Shown here: positions 28,001-41,787 of the stretch, piece after piece
Layout of the letters: the number at the start of each line of letters is the position of its first letter
Numbering within the stretch: position 1 is the stretch's first letter
Source of the DNA: Eledone cirrhosa
Taxonomy: Eukaryota
DNA length: 64,000 nucleotides
Direction: 5' to 3'
Assembly: GCA_964016885.1 (NCBI GenBank)
Contig: OZ024740.1
Coordinates: 68,200,001 to 68,264,000, forward strand
Notes under the pieces: model-generated
What the model was told of the DNA's origin: nothing
Databases searched by the model: none
What the model saw: only the letters and a program-made list of their open reading frames with translations
Translations under genes and position numbers: made by a program

Positions 28001-28765
28001 TTGAATCCACAAGGAAGATATTCCAGCTTTGAGACGATTCCATTCCTGTTTGCAAATGCGACCCCTGCCTATCTCCTACAACCCTCTGCTCCACCACTCC
28101 AATAGAAGGTATATTCTCCCGTCTGTTCTGTGAATTAACCCTCACCGGCCAATCTCGTTTCTGAAAGAGCAACGATGCCCATGCTATAGCGATCGAGTTC
28201 CCTCGACACCAAAGCAGATCTTCTTTCAGGACGAGTTTTACGGGACTGGGAATCCAGTAAAGTTCTTACATTCCAACATCCAATATTCAGAGGTTTGAAG
28301 CTCCTTGCAGTTGTAGGATGACGACCGGGCCCATGCTGCGGTGCCATGGGACACTTGCCGAACCATACCTCTTCACATAAGTTCCAGAGACCTTACTGCC
28401 ATTTACTTCAAGGTTATCATATGTTATCATAGAGTTTGGTGCACTTTTAGGCTACGGCCAGCTACACGAACCTGTAACACATCCTGAATAAGCGATGCCT
28501 GTGCTTTGAAGGTTTTTTAAGTGGGGAAAGGCTTTGCCCGCAACCAATCCCACTCTCTGAGCATCGAAAACACTACCCGAAAAGGAGAACTGGTTAACAT
28601 CATCGGATGCTTCCAAAGCCGCAGGTTTTTATTCAGAGTTTCCCTCTCCTTGAAAGGTGTTGTGACAACAAAAGGGTGCCTTTCTCTCCCAAGTAAAAAC
28701 AAAAAAAAGTACTATTTGGATGGCCGTTTACTCTGCTGAGTTTCTCCGCCCTTTGCCGGGTCTTG
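25071..28765 (-). mobile_element. Near-full-length degenerate RTE (BovB-like) LINE
   Basis: APE: NIGCWNVRTL, LSETR, YAPT, GDFNA, TWMHP..WHLID. RT: NYRGISLLS, GFR, GVKQG..APTLF. RLRWTGHL and two C-terminal C2H2-like fingers. 5'UTR to about 28765. Many frameshifts. Confidence 0.92.
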
Positions 28766-29515
28766 TATTTCATTCCACAGGATGTGTGAAGTGTTTGTGT
28801 GAAATATTTTACTTTGTGTGAACATTTACAACACTTACCTCCCTCACACCGTATCTTAAATAAATTAAATATCATCAAGCATGAATTACCTTCTCCTGCA
28901 TATTAACTCTCTAAAAAGAGAAATCATATCAAACCCCAGTCCACCATTTGCCTCCATCATGGATCAACTAAGCACCCTTGCTATATTATCACATTTTAAT
29001 CCGCTTAACTTCAAGAACTATGACTGTAAATAACATTATTTTTCTTTCACGTTAACTTTTTATGGTCCACATTACGCCCCATTTTTACTTTTTTCTTTTT
29101 ACTTTTCACTTCATAAACCTTGTTTGTAAATAACATTATTCTTTCTGTGCAATTACTTTAATATGTGCAACACCACCATTCTACACCAATATATATCACT
29201 ATCATTTGATAATCCATAAAAATGCTGAAACCGCTGACAATTATTAAATATATAAATAAATACATAAATGCCATTGTTAATTAATATATAAATCAACTAA
29301 TACCTTAACACTTCACTCAAAAGTAAAACATTTCATTTTAATCATTTTCTAACCCAGAAAAAAGAGAGAAATAAATAAAAAGAGAATGAAATGTATTTTT
29401 CCTCCTAATAATCGTCTTTTTATCCCTGTTTTCATATATATATATCCCAACTCGTGTGCTTCCTCTCCACATTTTATTATTATTATATAAATAAATAAAG
29501 AAAGAAAGAAATCAT

Positions 29516-30479
<964 letters not shown>

Positions 30480-30485
<6 letters not shown>

Positions 30486-30905
30486 ATCTAAAGATGGTTA
30501 AAAGAGTTCCATGTATTTTATTATGCGCATTTCAAAAACAAATATCATCATGCAATAACATTTGTGTTTTCATCAGATAAAATAGGAAGACATGATATGA
30601 AGGTTAAAAAACACTTGTGGATAGTGCAGTTTTTAATCAATATATGTTGATTTAAAACTGCACTATCCACAAGTGTTTTTTAACCTTCATATCATGTCTT
30701 CCTATTTTATCTGATGAAAACACAAATGTTATTGCATGATGATATTTGTTTTTGAAATGCGCATAATAAAATACATGGAACTCTTTTAACCATCTTTTGA
30801 TCTTATATATTATGTATACTCCAGTCCTACAAACTGTAGAGTGCTTCTTATCCGATATCTGCATTGCTTTCTTGTACTACAATAAAACTCACCTCCCACA
30901 CACAC
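30480..30905. mobile_element. Fold-back HHR element (family H2), copy 2; intact HHR cores at 30516-30582(-) and 30703-30773(+)
   Basis: Arms 30480-30640 and 30647-30806, loop TATATG. 8-bp stem I TATTTTAT/ATAAAATA on both strands. Confidence 0.87.
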
Positions 30906-30920
30906 AGATATATATATATA

Positions 30921-31041
<121 letters not shown>

Positions 31042-31205
31042 CATATTTATATATATATATATATGAATAAATACAATATCGGAGAAAGCTTTTTAGCGAT
31101 ACTCCGGCCAAATTCCAACTCACTCAACAAACATTAGGAGATAAGTGATTATATTCCTAATTATGCGTTCGGGGTGCTAATTAAAAGTATTGCGTGGAAA
31201 ATTGG

Positions 31206-31263
<58 letters not shown>

Positions 31264-31312
31264 TTATATATATATTATATATATATATCTATATATATAT
31301 ATTTATATATAA

Positions 31313-31374
<62 letters not shown>

Positions 31375-31376
<2 letters not shown>

Positions 31377-33830
31377 GTGAGGTTTTTTTACAAAATGAAA
31401 AATAACCGAGGTGTCCTACACGAGTGAAAGTATAAAGAAAAAAAGATGAAATCGAAAATGCAACTGGAGTCTTATTTAAAAAAAATATATATATATTTAT
31501 TTGGTTCCTTTACCGGTTTCGCAGTTCTTCTTTCTTTTCGAAAGTAGAGTTAAGATGGACATTCTGTGGTTTTTCTCCATTCTGGTTGGTCTTTGAATGT
31601 TACTTGTTTTATATGGAAAAAGGTGGCTCCAAACGCCAGGTTTTTATAGAAGTAATTTGATTGGTTGGTCAATAAGTATAACAGATTTCACGCCAGTTCG
31701 CGTTACAAAGTTCTTCAAACATGGGGGAGGGGGGGGGAATCAGGTTGTTTTTTCATATATGAGTTATTGAATTTCTTTTTACTTAAAAAAAGGGCTCACG
31801 GAGGCTTTTTTTAAAATGTAATTTGATTGGTTATAAATGAAATTATGGCTGTCACGTGAACAAGTTCATTAAATTATGCGCCCGTATTTGGGAATTTATT
31901 TTGTAACCTTTTAGAGAATTTTATGACAAGCAAAATATGGCGATGGGAGAATTATTCTGGTTCAGTGAATATGGGTAGTTCGCTGGGGTGTCAGAGTTAA
32001 GATTTTCTACTGAAATAAAGAAAGTAGACATATGTATGTTTATTTGTGTGTTTGTGTGTGTCTGTGTGTATAGGAAGATGGTTCTATTGGTAGAAATGGG
32101 GGAGGGAGTTGTGTGTGTGTGTATATGGGTGTTATGTATGTTAAGGAGAGAATATATATATATTTTGTTTGTATGCGCGCGCGTGTGTGTGTGTGTAGTA
32201 AAATGATTCCGTTAGTAGGAATATTTTTGAATGAACATATTTTCCTTATTTATTAGTATTTGTTCTGTTGTATTGTCAGCCCAAACGTATGTTAAGGTTT
32301 ATTTAGTTCGGGTTTTTATTTTCTAAATTAGAAGGTTTTATGTTTGTGTGTATGTGTCTGTTTGGATGGTTAGCATGTTATGGTGTTGACATAATGTATA
32401 TTAAACCATATTTAATGCTGCTCTATATTTTTGAATAAACATATTTTCCTTATTTATTCGTATTTGTTCTGTTGTATTGACAGCGCAAAGGTAAAATGGG
32501 AAGACTTGGAATTTGGAAGTCTTATTACTTGCGCAAATGTCTAGATGTGCGCTTAGAGGTATCTGTCTCGTAATTGTTGGATCTCGTAATTGTTGGCGAT
32601 GAACTGTCATACTATTTCTGAGTGTCAGTTTAGTTTGTCCTATATAATCTTCAATGCATCCTTTACATTTAATGGCATGAAATAGATTTTTTGATGAGCA
32701 AGTGAAGTGATTTTTTACAGCAAAATTTTGTCCTGATTTAAATGTATACGTGTTGCCTTCAATGAGGTGAGTGCAGGTTCCACAATTAGAGCGACCACAT
32801 TTTATGACAGTTGGTTGTGTGTTTGTGGTAGGTGATTTGGCATTGGTGAGTGATATTTTCAGTGATACCGGCTGTCTTTTGCTTTTGATTATTTTGTGTG
32901 TTTCAAGGGCTTTTTTTCATTCTTGGGTCTTGTTTCAGTAGTGGGATGTTCTTGCGAATAATGTTGTAAGCTTCCGCATTTCTTGGTTTGTGTGTTGAGA
33001 TATATGATAGAATATTGGACGTACCTTGAATTTGTTTCTGTTTTAGTAATTCAACAATGCCTATTACTTTAGCAATTTCTATTCCATTATTTATTAGTAA
33101 TTAGGCGGTGGATTGGCAGTATCGTTAGAGGGTAGGACGCCATGCTTTCCAGCATAGTTACGTCCCTTTACCATCTAAGTTCAAATCCCGCCGAGGTTGA
33201 CTTTGCCTTTCATCCTTACGGGGTCGATAACATAAAGTACCAGTAATGCACTGGGTAATTGCTGGCCTTGTGCCTAAAAGTAGAAACAATTATTTATTAG
33301 TAATGGTGGGTACTGTTTTTCGAGTAGAATTTCCTTTAATTCTTGAAGTATTTTATTTCACGTTTCATAATTGGAGACAATTGTGAAAATTCTTCTTCCT
33401 AGGTTAAAAAGAATGTTCGTCTTCGTGTGATTGGATGGTTGGAGGTGAATAGCAGGTATTGTTTTGAATCTGTTGATTTGTAGTGTATGTCAATTTCAAT
33501 ATTTGTGACTTTTTTTAAGATTAAGACGTCCAGAAATGGGAGTTGGTCTTCGCTGTATTCCATTGCGAATTGGATGTGTTTATTGATGCCGTTTATTACA
33601 TTTTTTAAATCCTTCAGTTGGTCGAGTGTGTGGGACCAAAGAATGAGACAATCACCCAAGTAGCGTTTCCAATCCTCTGATAAAAAGTTGTGGAAGTTCA
33701 ATCCGAATTTTGATTTGAACTGTTCATAAATCTGGACTTCTAAGTATGCCATGTCTAAGTTGGCATAAGTCGGAGCGGCTTTTATACCCATTGCAGTCCC
33801 GATATTTGCTTGTAAATACTGGCATCGAAA
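31375..33830 (-). mobile_element. Degenerate 5'-truncated Penelope-like element (Neptune-like Cys-rich linker)
   Basis: MGIKAAPTYANL, WKRYLGD (RT), LPFLDV, KCGRSNCGTC and CSSKN...C..C.EDYIGQT (GIY-YIG). HHR 3' half GAAACCGGTA at about 31511-31520(-). Confidence 0.85.
33104..33288 (+). mobile_element. Full-length tRNA-derived SINE with 16-bp TSD, inserted in the PLE
   Basis: A and B boxes. ATTATTTATTAGTAAT at 33086-33101 and 33289-33304. Confidence 0.92.
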
Positions 33831-33905
33831 AAAAAAAAGTTGTTCTGTAAGATAAATTTTAATTCCTCGGTGATGAAGCTATTTTCTATTCTGCCATATA
33901 TATAT

Positions 33906-34540
33906 GAAGAAATACCAATGAGAATCAGCAGGCTACTGATGATGGACATTCTTGTTTCTCGGTCTATTTTTATTCATATGTTCAAATTCGCAACAACGAG
34001 GCACGCCATTTACATTCACATATAATCTTTCCCTTCGCTGTGTTTCGTATGTATTTTTTCTGACACCTTACAGCTATCCTCTTTCTCTCTCCTTCACCTC
34101 TTGCTTATCTCCCTCCCGCTGTTGGTCATTCACTCTCTGCTGGCCCCTTCCTCACACTTTCACTCACTCACTCTCTGCTACTCCTCCTCTCTCACTTCCT
34201 CCCGTCTGACCTGCGTGAAATATTATTTACTCTCTCACTCTTCTCGTAGCTCGGACGCGTCTGTTTCTTCTCGTCATTTGATTTGTCGGATTTAAGCCCA
34301 CAAGATACATTTACTTGTCTCTCTTTTCCTCTCTTCACGTTGTTTTTTCCATCCTCTGTTTTCCTCTGTCCCGATAACTGAATTTAATTTATCGCTCGCA
34401 CTGATTTTAGGTATCTAGTCTTTAATGCGAAGAAATACCAATGAGATAAGCAGACTACTGATGACGGACATTCTTGTTTCTCGGTATATTTTTATTCATA
34501 TGTTCATATTCGCAACAACGCAGCAAGCCATTTTTCGTTC

Positions 34541-34545
<5 letters not shown>
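33906..34545 (+). mobile_element. Retrozyme-like non-coding element (~1.2 units of a 523-bp period)
   Basis: 33906-34011 repeats at 34429-34535. Pyrimidine-rich spacer, no ORF, (TA)n flanks. Confidence 0.7.
34401..34472 (+). ncRNA. Candidate non-circularly permuted hammerhead ribozyme
   Basis: GGTA-TC-TAGTCT ... AATGCGAA-GAAA-TACC ... AGACTA-CTGATGA-CGGACATT. Confidence 0.65.
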
Positions 34546-34588
<43 letters not shown>

Positions 34589-34609
34589 GAATAAAAAATG
34601 TGCGTGTTT

Positions 34610-34642
<33 letters not shown>

Positions 34643-34693
34643 AATCAGGAAAGAAGGTTTACATGGTTTGCTATACAAAAAAGTTTTTAATCA

Positions 34694-34806
34694 CATAGCT
34701 TACATTTGTTTCACTGAACTGGTATGTCTAGAGATCGCTATCCGCTTAATTTTGCGTTACTAGATCGCCAATACAGAATTATAACCAGTCAGATCTTCGG
34801 AGCATG
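34694..34806 (-). ncRNA. Hammerhead variant (CCGAAGA core, long stem II); mirror copy at 37509-37621(+)
   Basis: catgct-CCGAAGA-tCTGACTGGT...ACCAGtTCAGt-GAAA-CAAATG-TA-agctatg. Confidence 0.6.
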
Positions 34807-35181
34807 CGAGAATGAAGAAAATACACAGGCAAGAAAAGAAAAGAAAATAAAGGCTACTATATGAAGTAGTAATGGCATTCAATTAGAATAATTACAACAA
34901 TGCTATCAATAAATTATTTAAGGAGACCCTAACATTACTTAGGTGGCGGGTATATAATGTATCTAATGTTACGGCGTGTAAAAACTAGCTGTCAGAAGGC
35001 AAAATGAAGCGTTGGCATGTACAAAGTATCGTAGTGTATATCAATTTTAAATTATAAAGATAAGCTAGTTTTTACAGTCTTTCTCTTCATCTTCAACAGT
35101 ATACATGAGTGGGACCACTGTCAAAGCTAAATAGTTGTAGAGTTAATACAGTGGTTAACGAATTAATATACGCATATATTT

Positions 35182-35266
<85 letters not shown>

Positions 35267-35586
35267 TACACATGCATGTGTACATAGACACATACATACA
35301 CATCAATATACACTCGTACAAAAATATACATACATGCAAAGAGGAAAGCGTGCTAATTGTAATTATGGCAAAAAGAAGGTAAAGTAACATCGTAGTAGTG
35401 AAATGAGAAAAACTAGGATTTAGGATCAAATGATGGCAGCAGCTGAGAAGGAGTAAGATTGTAGGTAGATGAGGTACTTACAGACAATTGTGTGGTATAG
35501 ACTTGTGAAGAATATAGTATACTTAATGAATATATTTCTGTGGGTAGTAGGTATCCTAATTTAAAGCTATGTTATGTTGGTTCGAT

Positions 35587-37150
35587 TCACGGAGGTTTGA
35601 ATCTTATGAATTTAGTGGCTATTCTATGTCTGCAGAAGATAGATCTTTCTAACTTATTGTTAAGTAGCCTTTTAACATTTCTAAGGATATACAATAGCTC
35701 AAGATCACATAGCCCGCAATAGGACATCCCTGTACTATAGGTTTTAGCAGCCGACAACTTAGACCAGTTGATACTGTAGTTAGTGTTGCTGTCCTTCAAT
35801 TCCCATATTTTTTTGGCGAGGGTGGTGGAACCCATAAGTGCACGGTTTTTCATTGAGTGCCTGTGCACATACCATCTTTTCTTAAAAGAACCCGCGGTGG
35901 ATCCTATGTAATTCCAGGTGGAGTTACCCGAGATGACAGTGCACATGTACACCAGGCTCGAATCGAGACATCTGTTCGCCAATGGGCACCTATCTGGGAG
36001 GTGACAATTACAGTTTGACGCGCTATTTTGTGCAGCTTTTACATTACTGTTTAGTACTCTGTTATAAGTGGGTTGTGATATATGCCCAATGGGGTTTTGC
36101 TGCTGCGCGTTTGTATGCGCTAGTGGTTGTGATGTTGTGATGAGTTTGTGCTTATGTATAGGTGCAATTGATTTACTAGAGATATTTCTGTGATTGATCT
36201 TGCGTATGTGTGATTCTATGTTAGCTGCTGTTGAGAATGAGAGTTTTATAGTAGATCTATTGAGTATTTTGTGATATCTATGCGAGATAGGGAAGTGTTT
36301 ATCTATTAGTTTAAAGAATGTAGAGGGCAGTCTAGTTTTTATAGATGAGTTGAATATTGGGTTGAACCATAGGTATTTTCTTTGTCTGTTTCTTCTATTG
36401 TTTCTTGGGTTTACGTTATTAGTGTTTTGGCCGTTTACTCCAGGTGTTACATGTCTAACCCTATGCCTAGTCAAGCTATTCCTATTATTATGTGAGCGGT
36501 TGGAGTAGTAATTACTAGGATTGTTTATGTTGTCCTTATTCACTATATACTGTAGTTTATCTTTATGACCGGCCCTACTTAATGCTGCATTATAATAGTC
36601 AGCATGCTCGTTAAAGATTTCTAGGTTTGAGGATAAGCGGGATATTCGGAGGGATATACTACGTGCTATGGATTTAATTATGGATTTGGGGTGATTTGAG
36701 TTGTAACTAATGTAGGCAAGATTTTCATTATTTTTGTGGAAAGGTTCTATTAATCCAGTATTTAGATTTAGAGTTACATCTAGCAAATTTACCTTCTTAT
36801 GGTTTAGTTCGTAGGTAATACTTAGGCCTAGTTTTTTGAAAAATATTCTAATATTTTTCCTTAGTCTTTCCATGCTCTGGTTGTTTAGGTTCCTAGCTAT
36901 AAGTAACGTGTCGTCCCTATAAATTCCTCCTTGGAGGTTACTAAATTCCTTATGTAGGTTGTGTGCTATGAATAGCCCCACGATATCTGTGATTTGCGCA
37001 GAATCATTTGATCCCATTGTTATATCGAAGCTATTTATTCTATCCTTTCTTACCCAGTAGTTATTTTCAAATTTTATCATAGTCCTTCTAGCCGCTATTA
37101 TTATTTCAATTTCATCATTGGTAAGATCAGAGTTATTTTGGGCAAATATA
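35587..37150 (-). CDS. PLE reverse transcriptase (C-half) + GIY-YIG endonuclease; open but 5'-truncated
   Basis: FDITMGS.D.A, YRDD, SNHP, WFNP, CNC..CPL..CL, LVY..YIGST..FKKR. The first ~15 aa of the listed ORF come from the inverted pLTR. Confidence 0.9.
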
Positions 37151-37846
37151 ACCTCTGTATTAACTCTACAACTATTTAGCTTTGACAGTGGTCCCACTCA
37201 TGTATACTGTTGAAGATGAAGAGAAAGACTGTAAAAACTAGCTTATCTTTATAATTTAAAATTGATATACACTACGATACTTTGTACATGCCAACGCTTC
37301 ATTTTGCCTTCTGACAGCTAGTTTTTACACGCCGTAACATTAGATACATTATATACCCGCCACCTAAGTAATGTTAGGGTCTCCTTAAATAATTTATTGA
37401 TAGCATTGTTGTAATTGTTGTTATTGTTCTAATTGAATGCCATTACTACTTCATATAGTAGCCTGTATTTTCTTTTCTTTTCTTGCGTGTATATTTTCTT
37501 CATTCTCGCATACTCCGAAGATCTGACTGGTTATAATTCTGTATTGGCGATCGAGTAACGCAAAATTAAGCGGATAGCGATCTCTAGATATACCAGTTCA
37601 GTGAAACAAATGTAAGCTATGTGATTAAAAACTTTTTTGTATAGCAAACCATGTAAACCTTCTTTCCTGATTTATTATTACTCCAAGTGTTTACAACATA
37701 GGAATTACGGCATACCCGCAGCATCACAATGAAAACGCCTTGTTGAGTCAAACCAAGCCAAGCGTTAATATCATCCACTACCTGGAATACCATAACTCGA
37801 CTTCACCTAAGTGGACTGCATTTAATTATTATGTGTTAATCCGTAT

Positions 37847-37879
<33 letters not shown>

Positions 37880-37902
37880 GTAATAATAATAAAAATAATA
37901 AA

Positions 37903-37932
<30 letters not shown>

Positions 37933-37933
<1 letters not shown>

Positions 37934-39905
37934 GGGAAATCTACCATCACCTCCACACAAACAACTTGTTGCCGGACGAACAGAAAGGATGCCGAAAGAA
38001 GTCACGTGGTACAAAGGACCAGTTGCTTATTGATAAGATGGTAATGGGGAATTGCAGGAGGAGACACACTGATCTTGCCATGGGATGGATAGACTACAGA
38101 AAGGCATTTGACATGGTGCCTCATTCCTGGATCACCAAAAGCCTGGAGATCTTCAGGGTGGCAGATAACATCAGACAGTTGCTGGGCAGGAGTATGGGGT
38201 CCTGGGAGACAGAGTTAACATCAACTGGAGTATCCTTGGGAAGCGTGAAGATCAAGAGAGGTATCTTCCAGGGAGATAGCCTGTCCCCTCTGTTGTTTGT
38301 CCTTGCCCTGATGCCCATGACCATTATGCTGCGAAAAGTGAGAGCAGGATACAAGTTGGGAAGGGGAGAGCTTACCATCAATCACCTCCTCTTCATGGAC
38401 GATCTTAAGCTCTTCGGGAAAAGTGAGAAGGAGTTGGATGTGCTTGTTGACACTGTCCGTATTTTCAGCAGTGATATATGTATGCAGTTTGGTATTGGTA
38501 AATGTGGAGTCATTGTGATGAGGAGGGGTAGGTTGAGCAGAAGTAACGGGATCCAGATACCAACAGGTGAGATGATAAAGGAAATTGACTCTGAGGAAGG
38601 ATACAAGTATTTGGGCGTTCTGGAGGCTGATGGCATAAAGAACAAAAAAATGAAGGAATTGTTAAGAACTGAATACATTCGGAGAGTAAGGAGCGTATTG
38701 AAGTCACATCTGAACAGCAGAAATGCCATAAGCGCAGTAAATTCCCAAGCTGTGTCTATTATTAGGTACAGTGCGGGAATTCTGAGATGGAATGTTGCTG
38801 AACAAAAAGAAATGGATAGGAAGACTAGGAAGCTATTGACTATCTACAACATGTTCCACAAGAGGAGTGATGTCGATAGACTCTACCTAAGGAGATCTGA
38901 GGGTGGAAGAGGTCTTATCAGCATAGAGGACTGTGTTCAGATGGAGAAAAACAACCTATACAAATACGTGACCTATAGTAAGGAGCCAATGCTCAGAGCT
39001 GTACTGAAGGAGGGGACAGTAGGCCAGGGGATACCCAAGGAGGAAATAACATCAAGGAGGAAGAGCAGCCTTAAGGGAAAATCCCTTCATAGTACCTTCT
39101 TTTAGAAAACTGAATTTAGAGATCCACAGACATGGAACTGGTTGAGAAGAGGAGACCTCAAAAAGGCTACAGAAGGAATGCTAATGGCTGCGCAGGAGCA
39201 GGCCCTCAAAACGAAGTGGTTGAAGCACCATATCTACAAGGAGGAGGCTAGCCCACTGTGCAGGATCTGTGGAGAGAGAGAGGAGACTGTGGCTCACATT
39301 GTGTCCGAGTGTAAACACCTAGCCCAGACCCACTATAAGGGCTGGAGACACGATGTGATGGGCAGGGTGATCCACTGGCACCTGTGCAAAGTAAACAATC
39401 TACCACATTCTGAGAAATGGTATGAGCATAGGCCAGAGGCGGTGATGGAGAACAGTCAGGTGAAGGTGCTGTGGGATTTTAGGATACAGACGGACAAAAA
39501 ACTGGAACACAATAGACCTGACCTGGTGGTTGTGGACAAAGAAAAAAGATCGTGCCTGATTGTGGATGTGGCCTGCCCGTTCGACACGAGAGTGCAAGAG
39601 AAGGAGAGGGAGAAAATTAACCGATACCAGGACCTAAAGTGGGAGGTGAAAAGGATTTGGAACTGCCATGAAGTCAAAGTGATCCCGATTGTCATAGGCG
39701 CACTGGGGACTATCTCCAAAGGTTTCCAGGGATGGTTAAAGAAAATCGGCCCCTTCACGCTTTTTGGAACGCTTCAAAAGGCATGCTTGCTTGGAACGGC
39801 AAGAACCCTCCGATACGTCCTGAATATCTGAGGCTGCAGGTAGTGGCTTGATATTCAATCCAACGGACTTTCCAGTTAACCAACATCAATGACTGAGATT
39901 CAAGG
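37933..39905 (+). mobile_element. 5'-truncated R4/Dong-type LINE (RT, CCHC knuckle, REL endonuclease), family A
   Basis: [48 protein letters not shown] and K..RYQDL. One in-frame TAG (39103-39105). (TAA)n on both sides. Confidence 0.93.
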
Positions 39906-39926
39906 AATAATAATAATAATAATAAT

Positions 39927-41787
39927 GTTTTCTTTATTAACCACAAGGGTTTACATAAAGTAGATATTAAGGACAGTACAGGAAAATACAGGACGGTACA
40001 AATGGGCATTTCTGCGTGTAAAAAAAACAGAGGATGAAATGAAATAACAAAGAAATAATTCCCCAATAGGGGGGAGACTTCCGAGGGACATTTGTGGTGA
40101 AAGCCCATTAAAAGACCACAGTGGCCCTGACCATCAGGGCAAGTGCCCTCTCCCAGTTTTCCACCTTTAATTTACAGACACATACTCAGAGAAGGCCCAT
40201 TCATTCGGGCCATACTTGCTTCTCTCACCCATCTTTCAACAAAATGCTGGGAAGAGAGCACTTCCCTCTCTACCCTGATTTTTCTTTTCAGATGAAATTT
40301 GAAAAAGTTAATCAGGGCATCACCGAAGAGGTAAGTGCTCGTCTTCAGCCCTTTCAAACGTGTCCACCATACTATCTCTTTCGCCATGGCCACCAGACAT
40401 ATAAAAACTGCCTGCCCTTCCCGGCTAAAGGAAGGGGGCGGGGCAATCCTCACGATGGACTCAGCTGATAACTGGATCCGTCCTACACGTGACAGCAGGT
40501 GTTCGAGATAAACACACAAGTCAGCAATACTCGGACACTGGACGAGTGCGTGCAGGACGGTTTCGTCGCCCTGCGCGCATCTCGGACATGCCCGGCTGAC
40601 GGCACCTCCATGCCTGGAGAGTTTATCCCGAACTGGCAAAGCTCCTCGGTAGCACTGCCAGGCCAGGGATTTCGGGAAGTTGTCCATAGGCCCCGGCCCG
40701 AAAGTCCTTCCGAAGAGATTGGCTAGTTGATTTTCGTCGACGCCTAGAGTTTCTCCAAGTACGTCGTCGCTCTTCCCCTCCACTAATCCCCTATAGAACG
40801 CCAAGGTGGAGTTTCCACCGATCACATTGCCCGATTGGTCGAGGGCTGTGAGCGCCTGAAGACATTCCAGTCTCCAAGCGCTCCCTCTCGGTCTTCGCTT
40901 GACCCAGGACTGCAGCTCCGTCAAGGAGACGAGCTGGGGAAAAACGCGTCTAGCAAACGGCGACCACACCTGATCACCGTCGAGGAAGAGGTGGAGATGT
41001 CGTAGCCTGAGCGCGTGTCTGCACATCATCAGCCACGGCATGCCCAGCCCTCCACGCAGCGGGTGTTGACAGCAGATGGACCGCCTGACCATCGGAGCGC
41101 GTCCCTTCCACAAGAAGCGAAAGAGCAAACGCTCCAGCGCAGTCAGGCGGGGCTTAGGACAAGGTACGACGGTCAGGCGGTAGTAGATGACGGATGCGAT
41201 GTACGCATTCGCCACCTCCGCTCGACATTTCAGGGATAGCTTCCTCTCGGCCCATTTCTGGGTGAGAGAAGCCACCCTGCTCGTCACCTCGTCCCAGTTT
41301 TTGTACGTCTGGAGGTCTGGACCGAACCAGACCCCTAGCAATTTATCCGGTCCGTCCGTCCAGCGCCCGACGACGCTGTTGGACGGCATGGACCTGCCTC
41401 ACCAGGTGCCGAGCTGCAGGCCCACTGACTTTTCCTGGTTGATCATTGCTCCTGGCACCGCTTCGTATTCTCTTAGTGTAGCGCCGATCGCCTCGATGTG
41501 TTTGGCGTTCGACACCACTACGGTGACATCGTCGGCATATGCTGACACGGATCTTCCGCATCCTAGTTCGCGCGGGACCCCCCTGAACGTCTCCAGTTTG
41601 TGCAGTAATGGCTCGAGAGTCAATACGTACAATAGGGACGAGAGGGGACATCCTTGGCGGACCGAGCGCATGATGTTGAACGGTTCCGAAAGGTGACCGT
41701 TCACTTTTCGGAACCGTTCAACATCATGCGCTCGGTCCGCCAAGGATGTCCCCTCTCGTCCCTATTGTACGTATTGACTCTCGAGCC

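Larger units (their letters stand above)
34641..37674 (-). mobile_element. Young 5'-truncated Penelope-like element with ~520-bp inverted pLTRs
   Basis: 34641-35157 is a near-identical inverted copy of 37149-37674; they enclose an RT-EN ORF. Confidence 0.93.

Noticed and set aside
28690-28765. HDV-like ribozyme at the RTE 5' end
   Set aside because: Known from some RTEs, but I could not build the nested double pseudoknot by eye. It needs a descriptor search.
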